DNA from: Camelus dromedarius
Lineage: Eukaryota
Reading direction: 5' to 3'
Assembly (NCBI RefSeq): GCF_036321535.1
Contig: NC_087436.1
Location: 31,126,001-31,190,000 of the forward strand
DNA length: 64,000 nucleotides
In this document: positions 25,729-39,017 of the stretch, piece after piece
Position numbering within the stretch: the stretch's first letter is position 1
Layout: each line of letters begins with the position of its first letter
Position numbers and translations under genes: made by a program
The notes under the pieces: model-generated
What the model was told of the DNA's origin: nothing
The model's database searches: none
The model's input: only the letters and a program-made list of their open reading frames with translations

Positions 25729-28699
25729 AAAATGTCAGATTGTATTGTAATCTATACCTATCAGAAATCGTAAGAATTTAAATACATTCCAGAATAACTA
25801 AATAGATAAAAATTTTATTTACTTTAAGTATATTTCAATCAACTGACTTCCCTTTTATTCTCTCAAGAGAATAAAATTATTACTTACTGTATTTCAGTCT
25901 CTATAAGCCAGGTACAAAAATATGATGCCAAAATTTAAACAAAGTAATTTTTTCTTTGCACTAAAAGAACTTGAGAGAAAGAGGTGAATCATGAATTATT
26001 TAATCCTTCACATTTTACTTCATTTAAAAATATGCCAGTTTTAATATTTACTTCAAAGGGTCATAGATTTTTAACTTTCATTTTCAAAGGTAATATTTTG
26101 ACTGATATCCAAATTTTAAAATTTTAGAGATTTTAACATGTTTATATTCTTTATAATTTCTGTATAAGAGAGCATACTTTTCAGAAGAGTGACATGAACA
26201 TAAGTAAAATCTTAATTATATTTTTTGAAATTTTTTATTTCTGAAAAGTTAAAAGAATAATATGGAGGGTTCATTTCTAGTTAGTATGTACCTATGTTTA
26301 TAATATCCATGAGCATACTTCTAATATAATCCTAAGGCAAATGAGAAATGGAAACAATACATTCAAAGAAAGCAGTTCCATCACAAATTTGAACCCATTT
26401 TAAAAGTCTTCGTCTGCTCACATTGTTTAATGTTATGATTTCCTAGGTACCCATCTTAACAATTCTTTGTAAGGAGATGTTATAAGGCAGGACTGCTCAA
26501 AATGAGAAGAAAAAAATTAGAGTAAAGTCCAGCTCACCAGTAAATGTGATACTCAAAGCTAAAAGATAACAGTGCACAGAAATGGGTAATTGCCATCTGT
26601 CTCCTAAAAACACAGAAGCCTACGCAATGCCAACCAATATGTTCTGTCAAAGAAGTGACTTAAAATATGTTCTGCTAACACTAAAATGGCAATAAGCAAT
26701 TTGAAGGGAAACGTATACTTGAGCAAATTGTCCCCTACAGCTCATAAACACCTCTGTTTGTGCCCTTGGAGTTTATCAGGGCTGTGGGAGACATTTATTG
26801 ACTTTTACTTGATCTCCTATTGCCAAAACACACCAAGGTTAACACAGTCACTCAACACCTTTGATGCAGCCAGGAAAATGTTTGACTGAAAAATGTGTGC
26901 AATTTAACAAAGCAAGCAGCAACTGCCTGCAGGAAGTTCTACAACCACAATCATTTCAAAATGTCACAGTTAACCCAGTGCCTTGACAGCTCCACTCTGT
27001 GAGCACCCCTCAAGACTGTTCAGAAGAGACAGGTCAGCTTTTAAATAGAGGTTTATTTTCACTTCTGAATTATCCCTCGAACTTGGATCAAATGTTGTGT
27101 TTAGAAAATCTTGGAATAAAACACATTACATCTAGTTCTTTGTATCAGATATCTAAATAATTTGAAAGTTTTCTAATGCTCTAGAATAATTAATATAGTA
27201 TTCTCTGATCTAAAAGGAATATATAAGAACCCAATTCAAAACACAAATCAAATATACACTAGAAATCCTGCTAACATGGAGCATTTTCTTACAATATTTG
27301 GTTCCTACCTACTCTAGCAAGCCATTCAGTAATTATAACATAAATGTATCACCTTCCCCATTGCAAATTAAGAAATCACAGAAATATATGGTAAATTAAT
27401 AACTTACAAGAGAGCATAGTTCAGAAAGCAGAAGCAACAAAAAGAAACTCAGAAGCTGAGAATTTGAAACCTTTGCTGCCATTGACTTAATAAATGATCT
27501 TGGGTAAATCAACCTCAGTTGAACTTGCAGGCAATATCCATGACTGAAGATGATGTTGTGCAGCAGTATTTTCACAACATTGTTAAATGTGCTATTTTTG
27601 TTGCTACAGGCAAACCATTAATGAACAATTCAGCCTGCCAGTAATTAAAGCTGATTTAAATACTAAATGACCCCACACCAGGCAACAAGAAGAGGTGGTT
27701 TTCCTCTGTGCATATTTATTGGCTTCCAATCCACATAATAAGCAAGATAACTTGCTACTTAGATCACTTTTGTTTGGTTTGATTGCTTGCATTTTGTTAA
27801 ATAAATTTGAATCTGTTTTTAAGGTATGCATTTTTGGAGAAATACAAGAGAACTAATAAAACTGATATGCATTATAATCACTTATCCTCCCTTCCTTCCT
27901 CCCAACTAAAGCTCATCTTTGCACAGAAGACCAATTTCTAAAATAAATATTATCATTGTATAATGCATAACATAATCCACCACACGCTAATTCCAGCAAA
28001 TATTGATATAGATCCTTTTACCAGTTTTAGATGAAAGATGCTTCTGCTAAACCATTTTCTCTATTTACTGATGCACTAAATAAAAAAAATACTTAAGTTC
28101 ATTACTAATGGAGTATTTAAAAAATCTTAGGTCATGCACTAGCATACCTTCTTAATAAATTGGGTCAGGTTTAAATCAAGCAAAAATAACATTATAAAAA
28201 GTTAGCTGGCATAATGAAGTATTAATTAGTGGACTCACGTAAATAAATTGGCATGAGCAAATTTAAATATCTATTTTTAGGCCTGGCGTAATACACTGGT
28301 GACAAATTTTAAAGAAATATCTATTTTATTGACTTTTAAGCTGATTTCCTATTAGTCAATATATGATATATACAGTATGAAATCAAAATTATGGTATTTT
28401 TTTCATATCTTCATCTGTCCAAGTGTCAATATTTAATCTTTTTACATTTTCTTTTATAGTACTAAAAGGTGTATTACTTCAAATTGAACCAAGTTACATT
28501 ATGATATATAATATACTAGAACATATTTCCAGAAAAAAATTTTTCTCAGCTAGATTTTTTTTTTAATAGGCAATGTACTTCCTACCCAAAAATACATTCT
28601 GAACTTGTGTCTATGAACTGTTTAAGTCCGCCATGGGGCACTTCTACATAATGCATAAATGAATTCCAGGTTAGGATCGTAAAATTAAGTAGGACCAAG

Positions 28700-30950
28700 A
28701 AGTTCTCATCTCCATTGCCTGATAAAATGAACATGCATTAAACAAACAAATGAATAAACAATTTCATAAACATAAGGAGAAACAAAAGCCAAAACCAAAC
28801 ATCCAGGTGAGTTTAGAAGCAGATGACATGGTATGGTTTTTTAACCCTCTTTCCCCACAGCTAGTGGCAAGGAAAGAAGATGTGTCTCAGTAATGTTCTA
28901 AGAATTTGTATTGATATTCCAATTTGAAGGCAAGCAGATTAAGGCAGTGACTAAACAGCTCAGGAAAAGGTCAGAGAAAACTCTAAATCCCTAAACATCA
29001 AGGCAAGACCACCTCAAGGACATAGGTCAGTGGAAAGGGCCACCAAGAATTTATGTTTCCCATGCTACTGTACTAAGATGGAAAAGTTGCTGAAACCATA
29101 GAAATTGAATATCTCCCTGGCACAGGACATCTAATGGGATCTCAGAAGAGAGAAGAACATGTCTTTTACCTAGGTCGATCTTAGCCTCAGCTAAGCTATC
29201 CCTTTCCCCATCTTCATAGTCTAAAGTCTTAGAAAACTATACTGAAAAGAATCAACTTGAGAAGAATAAACAAACTGTTTCCAAAAGTGAGGTGTCTTAG
29301 TGAATTTTTGTGGCAATAGTGCTGAGAAACAAACATCCCCACAATCTCAGGGATGACAAAAGATGTTTATTTTTCTTGCTCATTAATCTGTGAAAATGCT
29401 GTGATACTCCTGGGTTTAGTTGGGAGAGTCTTTGTTTGGTTCAAGGATGGGGACTGGATTTAATTTTTCCCCACATATCTCTTTATTCCTAGATTAGCAG
29501 CTACTCAAAGCAGGATCCTCTCATGGCAGAATGGTGGAAGCTCAGGAGGACAAGTCATCACACAAGTGCATTTAAAGCCTCTGCTTATGACGTCTTTGCT
29601 CACATTCAGTTGGCCACTAAATGTAAAGTGCAAAATCACTGTCAGATGGTGAAGCCCATAACCAATATGGCAGGAAATTATTCCCCTCTCATGGTGTCAG
29701 GAAGAGAGTAAACATTTGAAAAAAATAAATATATTTATATCAGAATGACATCAAGTATCAAAGAGAACAATAGGATCTAGATGGAGCTACTTAAATTCAT
29801 CATGAACAAGATAAAAGAAATGGTGTGGAAACTATAAAAATTTACTACAGAAAAAATAATTTCAGTAGAACACATAATGCAGGGAACACTGGCTGATTTC
29901 CTACCAATGTTTTGCACTATAAAAAACCTTAGTAAAGAAATTTAATTAATTTTTAAAGTAAATGGGAAATATGATTCCTCAAAGGTGAGATGTTATAACA
30001 ACAACATACAAAGCAAGAATGTATGGTAAAGCTAAGAAAATGGAGAACTAAAACATAAAATTTCTGACACAAGCAAACTCTAACAGAAATCAGGGTAGTC
30101 CTGGATAAAATCAAATAAAATTAATGTTGTATAAAAGCCTTGAGCTAATCAAGTGAACATAGAGATAGAGGCAATGAGATTAAAACAAGTAGAAAAGTGA
30201 TGATGGATATGAAGGATAAGTAAGGAAGAAACAGCATCAAGGTACTTTGTATTTCTTAAGTAGAGATTCCTAACAAACAAAAAAAGTAGAAAATCATTCA
30301 CAGGTACAATACAGGAAATTGACACTGAAGTGTAGAAACACTTAAATCTGCAACTGAAACATATGCTTTATTTGGAAATTTTGATTTCGAGTGACTGAGA
30401 TAGAAATAAATCATAGTTAAATAACAGAAATTCAAGAAAAAAGAATTCTTCCTCCATTCAATTTAAAAAATAAGTCACCCAAAATAGAGGAAAATGAAGT
30501 CAGTCTCAAAATTCCTTGGTGCCAGTAAAAATTGTAGTAGTGTTTATGAAATTCCAAGAGAAATAAAGTGTTATCAAGGAAAAGTATGTCTAGTTAAGGT
30601 GTCATTCATTAAATTATAACAATGGGGGAGGATACAGTCCCTACCACGGCAGAGAGAGAAAACAATACTCATGAGCCCTCCTTGATAAAAACAGTAGTCA
30701 ACAATGACACTCAGCCAAACACAAGACGGCCCAAATAATGAGGTGAGGGATGGAGAGGCCATGAAAAGGGGGCTGGTGGTGAGCAGTAAATCCATCCACA
30801 TGTAGAACTAAGACCAAGAAAACAGGATTTATGATGCAGAAAAGAACATAAACATTATGAATCTTTTCCAACTAAAAAACACAAAGAGGAGAAGAAAAGT
30901 GAACAAGGCTTATTGTCTCCTCCTTCATAGTATCACTCTCTAAAATTAGA
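28700..30950 (+). mobile_element. Old L1/HAL1-like 5'UTR-ORF1 sequence, interrupted by an MLT LTR
   Basis: A-rich ORF1-like text (AGAAACACTTAAATCTGCAACTGAAAC; AATTCAAGAAAAAAGAATTCTT). Heavily diverged. Confidence 0.5.
29293..29742 (-). mobile_element. MLT1 (MaLR) solo LTR
   Basis: TGTCTTAGTG...AACAAACATCCCCACAATCTCAG...TTTATTTTTCTTGCTCA...GCTCACATTCAGTTGGCCA. Confidence 0.75.
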
Positions 30951-31199
30951 GCATTTAATTAGAAGAAAGCATGTTGAAATTCTAAACTATTTCATAATTT
31001 TTCTTAGTTTAATGTTATTTTTTAATAACCTATAATCCTTGTGGTGAAAATTTTGTCTGAAATTTAGCTTCCTTTCAAGTTCTTCCACTTACCTCTTCTT
31101 CCAATAAAGTGAAATAAAAATAAGATTTAATACATATTGACTTTAACACCATGAATATCATGATGCCATTATTGCAAAACCATTTGTTTGCACACACAA

Positions 31200-31715
31200 C
31201 TTAGTTATTTTCTAATTCTTTAAGCTTTACTCTCATGCCAGCTTTGTCCTTGGACTGGCTTCATTCATGGTCACAAGACTGCCACCAATAGCAACCAGGG
31301 CTTAATCAGGACTTTGGGATATGATTATGCTCATTGCACGCTGCATAACTTGGAGGCACACTATTCGTCATGTGGCCTTTTTATGCATGCTACATGATGG
31401 TAGTGGTCCTAAGCAGGGAAAATACATTCACTTCCCATACCTAAGGAATACGAGTGCTGACATCCATGCTTAATCGGGCCATCCTTGAATGACGTTCTCT
31501 AGCCAAGAGAACACCTTGTAATCTTTGGCTTAGAACAGGGTCACACAACTATTACTGAACTAATCACTGTGTCAAGAGATAGGGAGTAGCAATCAGGGTT
31601 GAGTTAATTTTGTCCAAATCAAGCAACTGCTACACATGGGGGCTAGAGAATGGGCTTCATATAGGAAAAGGAATAAAATAGATGTTTGTGAGATAATCAC
31701 ATTGTCCACTACAGA
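31200..31715 (-). mobile_element. Old MLT/MaLR LTR-like fragment
   Basis: GGCTTCATTCATGGTCACAAGACTGCC...GGGTCACACAACTATTACTGAACTAATCACTGTG, ending GTCCACTACA. Confidence 0.45.
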
Positions 31716-34074
31716 GGATTTTCTAGCAGGCTTATCATCAAGTAACTGAGATGAATATAGAAAATGAATTATTCTATCGATTGCTTCTTTTCTAAATTGA
31801 AGTTATACTTTGTGACCCAAATATCTGCAAGTCAATGTACTAGCTATCCAATAGAGTGTATTTTCTGAGATTTATAGGTGCCTATTAGAAACAAATAAAT
31901 GTTCACAAACAATCTAAGAATCAACTAACACTATAATTTATTGCTAAATGCATCCTGAACACAGGAACTCTAAAAGTATTGATTCATTATAAATAATGCC
32001 CCAAGAGGGCTGTTTTTAAAGCTGAGTTTTAAAGCATAGTTCACAGGTGTAGTCTTACCTACAGTGCAAGTATTTTTATGCACAGGAGATGTTTCTATAA
32101 TTAATACTAATATAGGAGCAGCAAACCCCATGAATAAAGTCTGGTTGAAAAACTATAGCCATCTATATGCTGGTCGGCTGTGAAACAAATAGAAACAAAC
32201 ACACTCTAGATTCAAAAATAAGAGTAATCAACATGACAACTTTTCAAGAAGCAACACATGCACACCCTCAGCAGGATGGAAGACAAGGATTCTAAACGAC
32301 AGTGATAAATGCTGGAAATGTGGCAGAGCAAACGGCAAGCACCGTATTCCTTTTGGAAGACATAAAGTTTTTGGAGTTGGAAAAAGACCCATTAGATCAC
32401 TCTGTCATTCTCCCACTAGACACTAAGTGATTGAAACTACTGTCTGTTTTCTGAAGTCTTTGAAAAGGAGAGTGGATAGGCTGGATGCAAAAAACCTCAA
32501 ATTATTACAGGATTCATAACTTGTTAGCTTAAAATAGAATGATAAAGGTGAAGAAAGCATTGAATTAAAAGAACTAAATAAAAAGGCATTATTATCATAC
32601 ATTAAGGGTTACATTTAAAAATTTCTGAGAAAAGTTGTACTAGGATTTGATAAATGACTCATCTTACAAGAACAGAAATCCTTTTACCCAGCTAAACTTA
32701 AAAAAAGGATATAGCCACCAAGTTAAAGAGCCTGGAAAGAAGATTTTGTATTATGAGTGATATGCTGAACATATCTGAAGATAGATGGTCAGCGTTTCTG
32801 GGAACTGATGATCGCCTCCTGACATAATGAGTGGCATCATAGTTATAGCAGAGTTACTACCACCTACTGAGGCCAATCAACTCCCCAAAAGGAGAAGTCA
32901 ATAAGCATCCTTTCCCATTGTTGTTTTGCTTCAATCTCAGACAGGTACCATTCAAATGTAGTTGTTCCTTTCTGATTTGAAGTTCAGGGTAATGGCTAAA
33001 CTTTGTTTGGCATAATGGCCAATGTTTAATTAATTTCTAAGTCTCCATTTGTTTCTCCTTATCATTTGTAGGAAAGAGAAATGACAAAAATGATTTAAAG
33101 CAAGGATTTAAATTACCTCTTTTATAATTCTGATTGTTAACCTAGATTTATAAGCCTTCAGAACATCTTCTAAATGTTAAAAGGGGTCATATACAAACAG
33201 TTCTCAATTTAAACAGGTTGAAAGCCAAGCATCCCCTTAAAGTTGGTTAGTACTTAGAATGCATTTTTCCATAGAAACAGTATAATAAGAGTATGCTTTG
33301 TTATGTATTAAAAGGCAATGGCTAGCAACTCGTAAGAAAGACATCTTTTCCACTGTTTGTTTTCTTTTAAATTTTTTGCTAAAAAACTACTTTGGCTTTT
33401 GTCCATCATAAATTTTTGCTATGTGAAAACCTTGTCCCTAAAATAGTGTCTTACACATAATAAATGCTCAATAAATATTTGCTGAATAAATGTACACTAT
33501 CAAAAAGAAGACCAAATCAGTTACATTGAACCATAGCTTCAATCACTTTACGTAAGACTTTGGCTTCTAATCAACTTGTTAAATAAACAATCAATTGAAC
33601 ATATTTAATGCACAAAGTGCTATGATACACATACCTAAAAAGGAATTATGATTTCATGAGATAAGATACACACACAAGAAATGTGCCCTAGTAGGAAATA
33701 AAATAATTAAAAGAAGAAAAGAAATATAATGCTGAATAGATTAAGCATGAACTTAAAAGAGTTTTCTAAGTTCACAAATATTAATGTTGGTTTCATAAGT
33801 ATAAGTATTATATTTAAAACCCACATTCGTGGATATCAATCCTAAAATACCATGTTTTAAAACCATGGTCTAAAAGAAACATCAAGTGTGTTTAGTATTT
33901 CCACAATTGTGATGATTAGAGAAGTATCGTTGCACTGCTGACTTTATGAATATGGTTTGTATTTAAAAGGAAAGAGATTTTAAAAATCAAGTCAAAGGAC
34001 GGTGTTCCTGCTACTTTAAATGCCATAACTGAACAGCACTTGGGCTTAAGTCATACCAACTGCAGTAGCAAGGC

Positions 34075-34470
34075 CTGCATCAGGGTCCTGGCAGGACACA
34101 CACCCAAAACAGTGGCTAGAGAAACTTTAAGAAAGAATCTATTATCAAAGGCAAAGACAACATTAAGGAAAACTTACAGGGATAGTTAAAAATCCTGTAC
34201 AAGCAATAGTTACTATCCCTAGGCTTGAAGGGATAAACGGTGGGAGCAGCTGGCAGATGCCACTGAGACTAGTTGGTATAGGAGAGAGCGTTTTGAAGGG
34301 AATTTTGGCTTTGTGGGCAGAAGCCAGCAGGGGAATAAATACCCTGAACGTTATTTCCTCCAGCCCTCTGATTGTCCCAGTGGTGATGCAGCCTTTGAAG
34401 ATCAGCCTCTCAGGACACCAAACAAGGTGTAAATGGATGAAAGAGGACATTGAGGGACAAATGAAGAACA
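34075..34470 (-). mobile_element. Old ERVL-class LTR-like sequence (LTR33/41-like)
   Basis: CATCAGGGTCCTGGCAGGACACACACCC...TACTATCCCTAGGCTTGAAGGG. Purine-rich and GC-elevated. Confidence 0.45.
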
Positions 34471-35109
34471 ACCCGGACATGACTGGTGAAGAAGAGGAAG
34501 AAGCCCAGGGCTAGATGGGAGCACAGTGAAAGAAGACTACCTAGGCTTTGGGGTTGGCAGCCAACCCAAAAGCCAGGCAGTGACTGTGATGTACCTTGTT
34601 AAAAGGTTCGAGTAACCCTAAGTTTCCTTTGGGTGACTCAGAAGTTCGATCAAACAAATGTAGCACAGCAGAGGGAGTCCCTGTAACAGATAGGACCTGA
34701 GGTCAGTATTTAATTCGCTCACAGGGATAAAAGCACCTGGGAATAAAGCAAATCTCATCCCTGCCCAACCCCTAGGGCAGGTGGAAATGAGCATCTAGCA
34801 CACTAGCTTTGGGGCAAGGGTCTAGGCTAACAGGGAACTGAACTGCTAAAGGCAGAAGCTACCAAAGTAAAAGGTGCTGGGAAAACTGTATGAAACAGAG
34901 ATTACCAGAAAGCAGAAATTCAGCAAGCACAAGGACTTCCAGTGCTTATCCGAGGCAAGTGGGTACTGGATGTGGAAACTGCTGTAATGCAACCTGCCTT
35001 GAAAACCAAAATAGTTCCAGACCCTACTCAGAATGCAACTTCCAGGTGGAAGGTAACACAGTCTTAGCTGATAGGGGTTGGAAAAATGAGACTCTGAAAG
35101 TGAAGTAAT

Positions 35110-35252
35110 CCTGACAGTAATGATTTTAATCCTATTAGATATAATTTTTTAATTACTAAAATAATACATGATACTTCCTTACATAATAAAAAACAAATAC
35201 AGAACTATGTAGAGTAAAAGTGAAAGTCCTCTTTACCACAATTTCTAGTATC

Positions 35253-35299
<47 letters not shown>

Positions 35300-37025
35300 G
35301 TGTGTATATGCATAACCATTTTGTAGTTTAGTATATTTTATATAGAGAGTGTATAATTTTTACATAGTCAACATTGTCACTATGTTATTTTAACAACAGC
35401 TTATTATTTTCTCTTAACAACTGACATGTTGGAGAACTTTTAACAGCAATAAAAAAAATTCTTTGTCTGGAAATATATATAGAAAATTGTTATTCTTCCA
35501 GAAATGTCTGCCTTTTATATTTTGACATTGTTTATTTGGAGAAATTTAAAACTTTTATACAGACAGCTCTTTCAGTATTTCCCTTGATAATTTAGTTAGG
35601 AAGTTCTTCCTCTCCCCAAATTTGTAAAAATATTATCCTGTATTTTTTTTACTTCAAAAATCCTTACACATAACAATCTAGTCTGCATAGAATTTTTTTA
35701 TGTATGGTGTGGAGCAGGGGATAAAACTTTTATAAAATGCATTTTGCAACACTGTTCCTTCTCATTAAAATTGCCCCAATTATTAATCCTTAAATTCCCA
35801 CACACATGGATCTGCTTCTCAACTCAATTCTGCTTCATTAATCAATGTGCCTCTTCTTGAGATGGTATTACTGTCATTTAATTACTGTCTTTTATAAGGG
35901 CTTTTTTGCACTACATCCAGTATTAGTATCTGAGTTATGCAAGTCATAAGTTGAGAAAATTGCTATATGTTTCTGTGTTCTTAAGCAGTTTCTAAAACAT
36001 AAAAATTATCTACTCTTGAATATAGTGTGTACAACAATACTGGTAGAATACTTGAATATCTGTAGGATGTTTCTTTTCAGTATTCTTTTCAAAATCTCTT
36101 TGGCTAAAGTTTTACTTTCAAATGAATTTTAAAATTGAGTTCCAGGAAAGATCTCTTTGAGATTTTCAACAGAATATTCATTGAATGAAGAGCTTAATTT
36201 TTGAAAAATTGACTTTTAAAAAATATTTGGTCTTCCCATCCAGTAACTTAGTAATCTCTCCATCAATCCAGAACTCCATTCCATCTAAGGACATAGAATA
36301 TCTTTCCACTAATTCGAATCCTCCTTACGTCCATTAACGAGTTTGATTGCCATAGGTCTCACACATCTTATTTCTTGAGTCTTTACAGTTTTTCTTGCTA
36401 TTCTATAAATAGTATTTTTTCCATTTTGGTTATTTCCTGATTGGTTATTTCTGCAAAATAGAAAAGCTACAGATTTTTGTAAGCTTACCTGTACACTAAC
36501 CATCTTTTATCATTCTAATAAATTTTAGTTGATTGTGTTGGATATTATTTTTCCTTAGGCAGTCATATCAGTTGCAAATAAGGATAGCTTTATGTCTTAT
36601 TTTCATAACCTTCAAATCTCACTGATGTTTATTTTCTTAGCATTGGATTGTATCTCTAGAACAGTACTGAGGAGAACCTGGAGTTTTGACTGTTATTGTC
36701 TACTTCAGTGGGTATGTTTCTAGCATTTTATTATTAGGCAAGATACCTGCTATGGATAACTGCATACACACTCTATCATCAGGTTAAGAAGTTTCTTTTT
36801 ATTCTTAGCTTACCTACCAAATGGTTGATTTGTTTTTTTAAGTCTTGATTATTTACTTTAATAAGAACTTAGGATTAGAAATACATGAAAGTCTTTGTAT
36901 ATTTTTCAAAGATACAAGAATCCTTCCCCTTTAACCATTTAATATTGTGAATCACATTGACAGTTTTTTCTATTCTTTAATCATACTCACAATCCTGGGT
37001 TAAACACTACTGGACATAATAATTT
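35110..37025 (-). mobile_element. Very old L1 (L1ME-like), antisense
   Basis: Antisense ORF2/3'UTR text (TTTTTATGTATGGTGTGGAGCAGGG; TCATATCAGTTGCAAATAAGGATAGCTTT; AGGTTAAGAAGTTTCTTTTTATTCTTAG). Confidence 0.7.
35259..35296. repeat. (TA)19 microsatellite
   Basis: Perfect TA run read directly. Confidence 0.97.
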
Positions 37026-37029
37026 TTAA

Positions 37030-37424
37030 ATTCACAAGTGAGATGGCTGTAATAGTAAAATATATTCACATATTTTTTGAATTAGAAAATAAAACCAATT
37101 TTTTTTTTCTGTTTTGCCTGATTAAGTTGACAGTGAGATCTGGCTTTGTCAATTAGGTTTGATGACAGACATTTTCCAAATACTGAATAAGCTAAATCTG
37201 AAGTTGCAAGGGTTTTATGAGAGTATGTTCAACGTGTGTGGTAATATAATACCATTTTATCCAAAATATTATATAGGCAAAGGTATTTTTAAATTAATGA
37301 TACTTCTGTTTTCCAAATATATCACGTCAAAAATCTGCCTCTAAGTGAAAAAGTGGCTGGTATAATTAAATCATTGCATATATCTTAATACATTACTCTA
37401 ATAAGTGTATAAAAATTATTCTCC
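37030..37424 (+). pseudogene. Fossil hAT (Charlie/Buster-type) transposase coding fragment
   Basis: Translates (with stops and frameshifts) to SQVRWL*...FELENK...DSEIWLCQLGLMTDIFQILNKLNLKLQG. This matches the hAT motifs EVRWLS and WLxxLAYLxDIFxxLNxLNxxLQG found in Charlie/ZBED5/ZBED8/SCAND3/FAM200-type proteins. Confidence 0.8.
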
Positions 37425-38150
37425 AAAAGGGAACCCTCCTATACTGCTGATGGGAATGTAATTTGGTGCAACCATTATGGAAAACAGTGTGGAGATTCCT
37501 CAAAAAAACTAAAAAATAGACTTACCATATGATCCAGCAATCTCACTCTTGGGCATATATCCAGAGGGAACTCTAATTCAAAAAGACACCTGCACCCCAA
37601 TGCTCATAGCAGAACTATTTACAGTAGCCAAGACATGGAAACAACCTAAATGTCCATCAACAGAGGACTGGATAAAGAAGTTGTGGTATATTTACACAGT
37701 GGAATACTACTCAGCCATAAAAAAGAATAAAATTGCAACAACATGGATGAAACTGGAGATCATTATTCTAAGTGAAGCAAGTCAGAAAGAGAAAGAAAAA
37801 TACCATGTGATATCACTTATATGTGGAATCTAAAAAAAAAGACAAATGAACTTATTTACAAAACATAAACAGACTCACAGACATAGAAAACAAACTTATA
37901 GTTACTGGGGGGTGGGAAAGAGGATGGGAAGGGATAAATTGGGAATTCAAGATTTGCAGATACTAACTAATATATATATAATAGATAAAAAAGTAGTTCA
38001 TACTGTATAGCACAGGGAACTATATTCAATATCTTGTAGTAACTTGTGGTGATAAAGAATATGAAAACAAATATACATATGTTCATGTATGACTAAAGCA
38101 TGATACTGTACACCAGAAATTGACACAACATTGTAAACTGATTAAACATC

Positions 38151-38153
<3 letters not shown>
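37425..38153 (+). mobile_element. Relatively young 5'-truncated L1 3' end
   Basis: ORF 37549..37833 (GIYP...KDTCTPMLIAELFTVAKTWKQPKCPSTEDWIKKLWYIYTVEYYSAIKKN) is the L1 ORF2 C-terminus. The 3'UTR is closely similar to 43773-44260. Confidence 0.96.

Positions 38154-38214
<61 letters not shown>
38154..38214. repeat. Compound (TA)n(CA)n microsatellite in place of the L1 poly(A) tail
   Basis: Read directly; it starts at the position of the L1 poly(A) signal. Confidence 0.95.
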
Positions 38215-39017
38215 GGATTAAAAACCTCTGAGATGTTAAAAAAAAGTAAAATGCATTGAGGATTGGGCAGCATGATAGCAGTTGAAATGGCAGTTGGATA
38301 AGTGTAAGGTACTTGTTCATTGTCAGTAAAAATTCTCTGATTCTTAGTAGAAATAGATTCCCTTTGAAAATACGCCCTAACTCTTTCTCCAAATTAAGTG
38401 GTTTCTTGAAAACATTAGAATTCTTAGCAAAGAACATTTTTCTCTAGCACTGATGAGGACTCAGCACAGTCAGACATACCACATGCAGTTCTACTATCTG
38501 CAAATGTTTCTTCTCCATTCCTGGTTCCTCTCCCTTCTCTTAGGAATCATTCTGGAATGTAAAAACTAGGTTGACACTAAATGCACTTTCATGTCCTAGG
38601 GAATCTTGTACTCAGAGCACAGTGCTAGAAGGTGTTATTTTTTTTTTTAATTCAAGTAGGTGAAAAAAGAATCATTGCATCACCAGGCCACATACTTGAA
38701 TAAGAGTGGAACAGAAATAACTCTTTAGAAAAAGCTTTATTATACATTCCTCAGTGTCATCAGTCATCATTTACTGATCCTTTTGGGATAAGAAACTATA
38801 CTGATTCATTCTGCATGTTACTCAGAAGTACAAAAAGTAAAACAGAAACCTAATGAATGCTTTTGGTAATTATCATTATTAGATAACTCAAAACCCACTC
38901 AATTCTCTTTAGAAAAAATGTTAAACCTAGATATACTATAAATTTTGTTTTATATTTTAGTTTAAATCTTAGAGAAAATTATTTGCAGTTGTCAGAAGTT
39001 TTCATTTTTTCACACGT

